From the NCBI RefSeq assembly GCF_009914755.1, contig NC_060940.1: DNA of 64,000 bases; one strand, given 5' to 3'. Source of the DNA: the human T2T-CHM13v2.0 reference genome, Homo sapiens. A model generated the notes under the pieces. That model saw nothing but the letters and a program-made list of their open reading frames with translations. It ran no database searches and was not told the DNA's origin. Shown here piece by piece: positions 58,001 through 64,000 of the stretch. The translations under genes were made by a program, and so were the position numbers. Positions within the stretch are counted from its first letter, which is position 1. The number at the start of each line of letters is the position of its first letter.

Positions 58001-61000
58001 TAATGGAATCATCATCTAATGGAAATGAATGGAATCACCAACGAATGGAATCAAATGAAGAAATTGAATGGAATCCGTTGGAATCATCAAGTGGAACAGA
58101 ATGCAGTCATTATCAAATGGAATCGAATGGAATCATCAAATGGATTAGAATGGAATCATCATCAAATGGAATTGAAAGGAATCATTGAATAGACTCGAAT
58201 GGAATGACCATCAAATGGAATCGAATGGAATCATCAAATGTACACGAATGGAATCATCATTGAATGGATTCGAATGGAATCAATGAATGACATCGAATGG
58301 AATCATCTTCGAGTGGAATCTAATGAAATCATCCAATGGACTCGAATGGAATCATTGAATGGACTTGAGTGGAATCATCATCGAATGGAATCGAATGGAA
58401 TCATCAAATGGACTCGAATGGAATCATCATTAATGGAATCGTATATAATCATAATCAAATGATATCGAAAGGAATCATCATCTATAAGATTTGATTGGAA
58501 CAATCATTGAGTAGAATCAAATGGAATCGCCGAATTGAATCAAATGGTAAGATCATGAAATGGAATCAAAGGGAATCATCAAATGGGATCGAATGGAGTC
58601 ATCGAATGGAATCGAGTGGAATCATTGAATGGATTCAAATTGAATCATCATCGAATGGAATCGAATGGAATCATTGAATGGACTCGAATGGAATCATCAT
58701 CGAATGGAATTGAATGGAATCATCGAACGGACACGAATGCAATCATCATTGAATGGACTCGAATGGAATCATGAAATTGAGTCGAATGTAATAATCATCA
58801 AATGGAATCGAATGGAATCATCGAATAGCATTGAATGGAATCATCGTCGAATGGCGTCGAATGGAATCATCGAATGGACCTGAATGGAATCATCATGGAA
58901 TGCAATCGAATGGAATCATCATCGAATGGAATCAAATGGAATCATCGAATGGAATAGAATTGAATCACCATCGAATGGAATCGAATAGAACCATTGAATG
59001 AAATCGAATGGAATCATCTTTGAATGGAATCGAATGAAATCATCAATGAATGGAATCAAATGGAAACATTTAATGGAATCCAAAGTAATCATCTTCGAAT
59101 TGAACCCAATGTAATCATTAAATAGACTCAAATGGAATCATCAAATGGAATCGAACGGAGTCATCATCTAATGGAATAGAAAGGAAACATTGAATGCAAT
59201 CTAAGGGAATCATCACTGAATGAAATCAAATGGAATCATCGAATGGACTCAAATGGAATCAACATTCAGTGGAATCGAATGGAATCATTGAATGGACTCG
59301 AATGGAATCATCATCGGATCGAATTGAAAGGAGTCATCAAATGGATATGAATGGAATCACTGAATGTTCTCGAATGGAATCATCACCAAATAGAAACGAA
59401 TGGAATACTCGAACGGACAAAAATGGAATTATGATCGAATGGAATCGAATGAAAGCATCAAATTGAATCGAATGGAATCATCATTGAATGGAATGGAATG
59501 GAATCATCATCAAATGCAATCGAATGGAAGCATCGAATGGAATCGAATGGAATCATCATTGAATAGAATGGAATGGAATCGTCACTGAATGGAATCGAAT
59601 GGAATCATCATCGAATGTAATCACATGGAATCATCATGTAATAGAATCGACTGGAATCATCAAAGAATTGAATCGAATGGAGAAATCGAATGGAATCCGT
59701 TGGAATCATCATGAATGAAATCGAATGCAGTCGTCATCAAAAGGAATCGATTGGAATCCTCAATGAATTGAATCGAAAGGAATCATCAGCAAATGGAATC
59801 AAAAGGAATCATTATGGAATAGAATCGAATGGAATCATCGAATGGAATGGAATGGAATCATCAAGGAAAGGAATCGAAGGGAATCATTGAATGGAATCGA
59901 ATGGAATCATCTAACAGAATCAAATGGAATCATCATCGAATGGACTCAGATGGGATTATCATCGAATGGAATCAAATGGAATCATCGAATGGAATCGAAT
60001 GGAATAATCGAATGCACTCCAATGGACTCATCAAATGGACTCGAATGGAATCATCATCAAATGGAATCAGATGGAATCAAAGAAGGGACTCAAAAGGAAT
60101 CATCGAATAGACACAAATGGAATCATCATTGAATGGAATCGAATGGAATCATCGAATGGACTTGACTGGAATCATCATCGAATGGAAATGAATAGGATCA
60201 TCATCAAATGGAATAGAATGGGATCATCATCAAAACAAATCCAATGGAATCAACCTGAATGGACTCAAATGCAATGATCAAATGGATGTGAATGGAATCA
60301 TCAAAAGGAATCAAATGGAACCACTAAATGGACTCGAATGGAGTTATCAAACGAACTCTAATGGAATCATCATCAAATGGAATTGAATGGAATCTTCAAA
60401 TGGATTCAAATGGAATCATTGAATGGACTCGAATTAAATCATCGAATGGACTCGAATACAAATATCATCGAATGGAATCATATGGAATCCACGAATAGAA
60501 TCAAATGGAATCATCAAATGGAATCGAATGGTATCATCATCAAATGGAATCAAACGGAATCATCGAATGAAATCGAAGGCAATCATCATCTAATGGAATC
60601 AAGTGGAATCATCGAATGGAATCGAAGGGAATCATCACCAAGTGGAATCGACTGGAATCTTTGAATAGAATCGAATGGAATCGTTGTCGAATGGAATCAA
60701 ACGGAATCAGTGGATTGAATTGAATGGAATCACCAATGAATGGAATCGAATAGGATCATCATCGAATGGAATCAAATGGAATCATCAAATGGACTGGAAT
60801 GGAATCATCATTGAATGGAATCCTGCAGAATCATCTAATGGGCATGAATAGAATCATCATCGAATGGAATCGAATGGAATCATCTAATGTACTCGAATGG
60901 AATCATCATTGAATGGAATAGAATGGAATCACCGAAGGGACACGAGTGGAATCATCATCGACTAGAGTCGAAAGGAATCATTGAATGGACTGGAATGGAA

Positions 61001-64000
61001 TATTATCGAATGGAATCGAAAGCAATTATCGAATTGACTCAAATGGAATTATCGAATGGACTCGAATGGCATCATCGAATGGACTCGAATGGAATCATCA
61101 TCAAATGGACTCAAATGAAATGATCGAATGGACTCGAATGGAATCATGAATTGGACTCACATGGAATTATTGAATGGGCTCGACTGGAATCATCGAATGG
61201 ATTCGAATGGAATAATTATCGAATTGAATCAAATGGAATCATCAAATGGAATCGAATGGAATCATCGAATGCAATCAATCAGAATCATCATTAAATGGAA
61301 TCAAATGGAATCATTGCACTGAATCGAATGCAGTCATCATCGAATGGAATCGAATGGAATCATCATCGAATGGCATCAAATGGAATCATCGCATGGCATC
61401 GAATGGAATCATCATTGAATGGAATCTTACGTAATAATCATATGGACTCGAATGGAATCGTCGAATGGACTCGAATGGAATCATCATCGAATGAAATTGA
61501 ATAGAATCATTGAATAGCATCGAATGGAAACATCATCAACTGGAGTCGAATGGAATCATCAAATCACTCAAACGGAATTGTCATGGGATGTAATCGAATG
61601 GCATCTTCAAATGGACACGAACGGAATCATCATCAAATGCAATCGAATGGAATCATCACCGAATGGAATCAAGTGGAATCATCATCGAATGGAATCCTCT
61701 TTGAATGGAATCAAGATGAATCATCATCAAATTGAATCGAATGGAATCATCATCAAATGGAATCGAAAGTAATCATCATTGAATGGAATTGAATGCAGTA
61801 ATTATTGAATGGCATCGAATGGAATCATCATCGAGTGGAATGTAATGGAATCAATGAATGAAATCGAATGACATCATCATTGAGTGGATTCGAATGGAAT
61901 CACCCAATGGAATTGAATGGCATCATCAACGAGTGCAAACCAATAGAATCATTGAATGAAATTGAATGGAATCATCATCGAATGGAATCGAGTGGAATCA
62001 TCATTGAATGGAATTGAATGGAATCGTCATCGAATGGAATGTAGTGGAATCATCATCGAATGGAATTGAATGGAACAATCAAAGACTGGAATTCAATGGA
62101 ATCATTGAATGGAATCGAATGGAATCAACAAATGGAATCGAACAGAATAGTCATCAAATGGAATCAAAAGGAATCATCACATGGAAACAAATGAAATCAT
62201 CATCGAATGGAATCGAAGGGAATCACTAATGGAAATGAATGGAATCACCACTGAATGGAATCGAATGGAATCATCATCGAATGAAATCGAATGGAATCAT
62301 CAAATGGACATGAGTGGTAACATCATGGAATGGAATTGAGTGGAATGATCATCGAGTGGACTCGAGTGGAATCATCATCGAACCGAACCGAATGGAATCA
62401 TCGAATAGACTCGACCGGAATCATCATCAAATGGAATCGAATGGAATAATTCAATGGACTTGAATGGAAACATCATTGAATGGAATCGAATGGAATCATT
62501 GAATGAAATCAAATGGAATCATCATCAAATGCAATCTAATGGAGTCATCGAAAGGAATTGAATGAAATCATTGTATGGAATTGAATGAAATCATCATTGA
62601 ATGGAATCAAATGGAATCATCGACTGGAATTGAATGGAATCACCATTGAATGGAATCGAATGGAATAATCATTGAATGTAATTTAGAGGAATCATCAAAT
62701 GGACTCGAATGGAAACATCGTAGAACGGAATCAAATGAAATCATCAAATGGACTCTAATGGAATCACCACCAAATGGAATAGAATGGAATCATTGAATGT
62801 ACTAGAATGGAATCATCATCAAATGGAACCAAATGAAATCATGAACAAATGTAATCAAATGGAATCATCATCGAATGGAATCAAATGGTAACAACGAATG
62901 GAAACGAATGGAATCATCATCGAATGTCATCGAATGGAATCATCAAATGGACTCGAATGGAATCATCGAATGCACTTTAATGGAATCATCCTCGAATGGA
63001 ATCGAATATTATCATCTTCAAAAGGAATCAAATGGAATTGTGGTTGAGAGGACCCAAATTTAATTAGCATCAAATGGAATGGAATGAAATCATTTAAAGG
63101 ACTTGAATGGAATCATCATCGAATGGAATTGAATGGAATCATCTAACGGACGAGAATGGAATCATCCTCGAATGGAATCAAATGGAATCGAATAGAATCA
63201 TCATCAAATGCAATCGCATGGAATCATCATCGAAGGCATTCAAATGGAATCATCATTGAATGGAATCGAATTGAACCATCAGTGACTGAAATCGAATAAA
63301 ATAATTCAATGGAATTGAATGGAATCAATGAATGGAAACAAATGGACTCATCTTCGAATGGAATCGAATATAATCATGTTATGGAAATGAATGAAATCAT
63401 CGAATGGAATAGAATGAAATCGTCAAATGGAATTTTATGGAATCACCATTGAATGGAATCAAATGGAATCATCATCAAATGGAATTGAATGGAATCATCG
63501 AATGGGCTCGAATTCAATCATCATTGAATAGAATCCCATGGAATCATTGAAAACTGTCGAATGGAATCATCATCGAATGGAATAGAATGGAATCATTGAA
63601 TGGACACGAATGGAATCATCATTGAATGGAATCGAAAGGAATCATTGAATGGACACATTGGAATCATCATCGAATGGAACTGAGTGGAATCATCTTGGAA
63701 TGGAATCAAATGGAATCATCATCGAATTGAATTGAAAGGAATCCTCATTGAATGGAATTGATTGCAATCATCATTGAATGGAATCCTCTTCACCTGGAAT
63801 TATATTGAATCATCATCAAATTGAATCGAATGGAATCATCATCGAATGGAATTGAAGGCAGTAGTCATTGAATGGCATTGAATGGCATCATCATTGAGTG
63901 GAATCTAATGGAATCATCCAATGGAATTCAATGGCATCATCAACGAGTGGAATCCAAGAGAATCATCAAATGAAATTGAAAGGAATCATCATCAAATGGA
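49047..64000 (-). repeat. Diverged classical satellite 2 (HSat2/HSATII) array, GAATG strand on plus, runs off the window
   Basis: Continuous GAATGGAATC(ATC)1-2 and GAATGGACTC units forming 23/26-bp repeats (CATTCGATTC / CATTCGATGATGATTC on minus), rather than pure (CATTC)n as in HSat3. Confidence 0.93.

Noticed and set aside
49592-63063. Dozens of MESNGIIEW-type ORFs
   Set aside because: Standard translation of satellite 2; not genes.

Overview
This is human or great-ape pericentromeric segmental-duplication DNA, and it contains no intact protein-coding gene. Most of 1-49046 is an AT-rich mosaic of old repeats: L1M/L1MB, L2, MIR, ERV/MaLR LTRs, Tigger/hAT elements and Alus. Embedded in it is a ~7 kb cassette made of a (CATTT)-type satellite (12040-14003), a non-processed duplicate of KSR1 exon 1 with presumed intron 1 on the minus strand (KSR1P1-like), and a GC-rich GGCAAAAAGCCGCGGCGG tandem array (17164-19072). 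The first 2.6 kb of the window recurs 46,433 bp later as a direct copy, about 96% identical in the stretch I compared, which implies a ~46.4 kb tandem unit. That second copy is cut off at an ATGGA microhomology by a diverged classical satellite 2 (HSat2/HSATII) array running from 49047 to the window end. Nearly all long ORFs in the track are artefacts of low-complexity repeats. The most interesting candidate is the KSR1 exon-1 cassette. Its frame is open, its splice donor is intact, downstream polyA signals are present, and it carries an in-frame deletion in the CA1 LRGLR motif. It sits beside a CpG-dense array that has a splice donor on each side and could act as a bidirectional promoter; this last point is inference and untested. 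Repeat subfamily names and KSR1 comparisons come from recalled sequences, not from a search.
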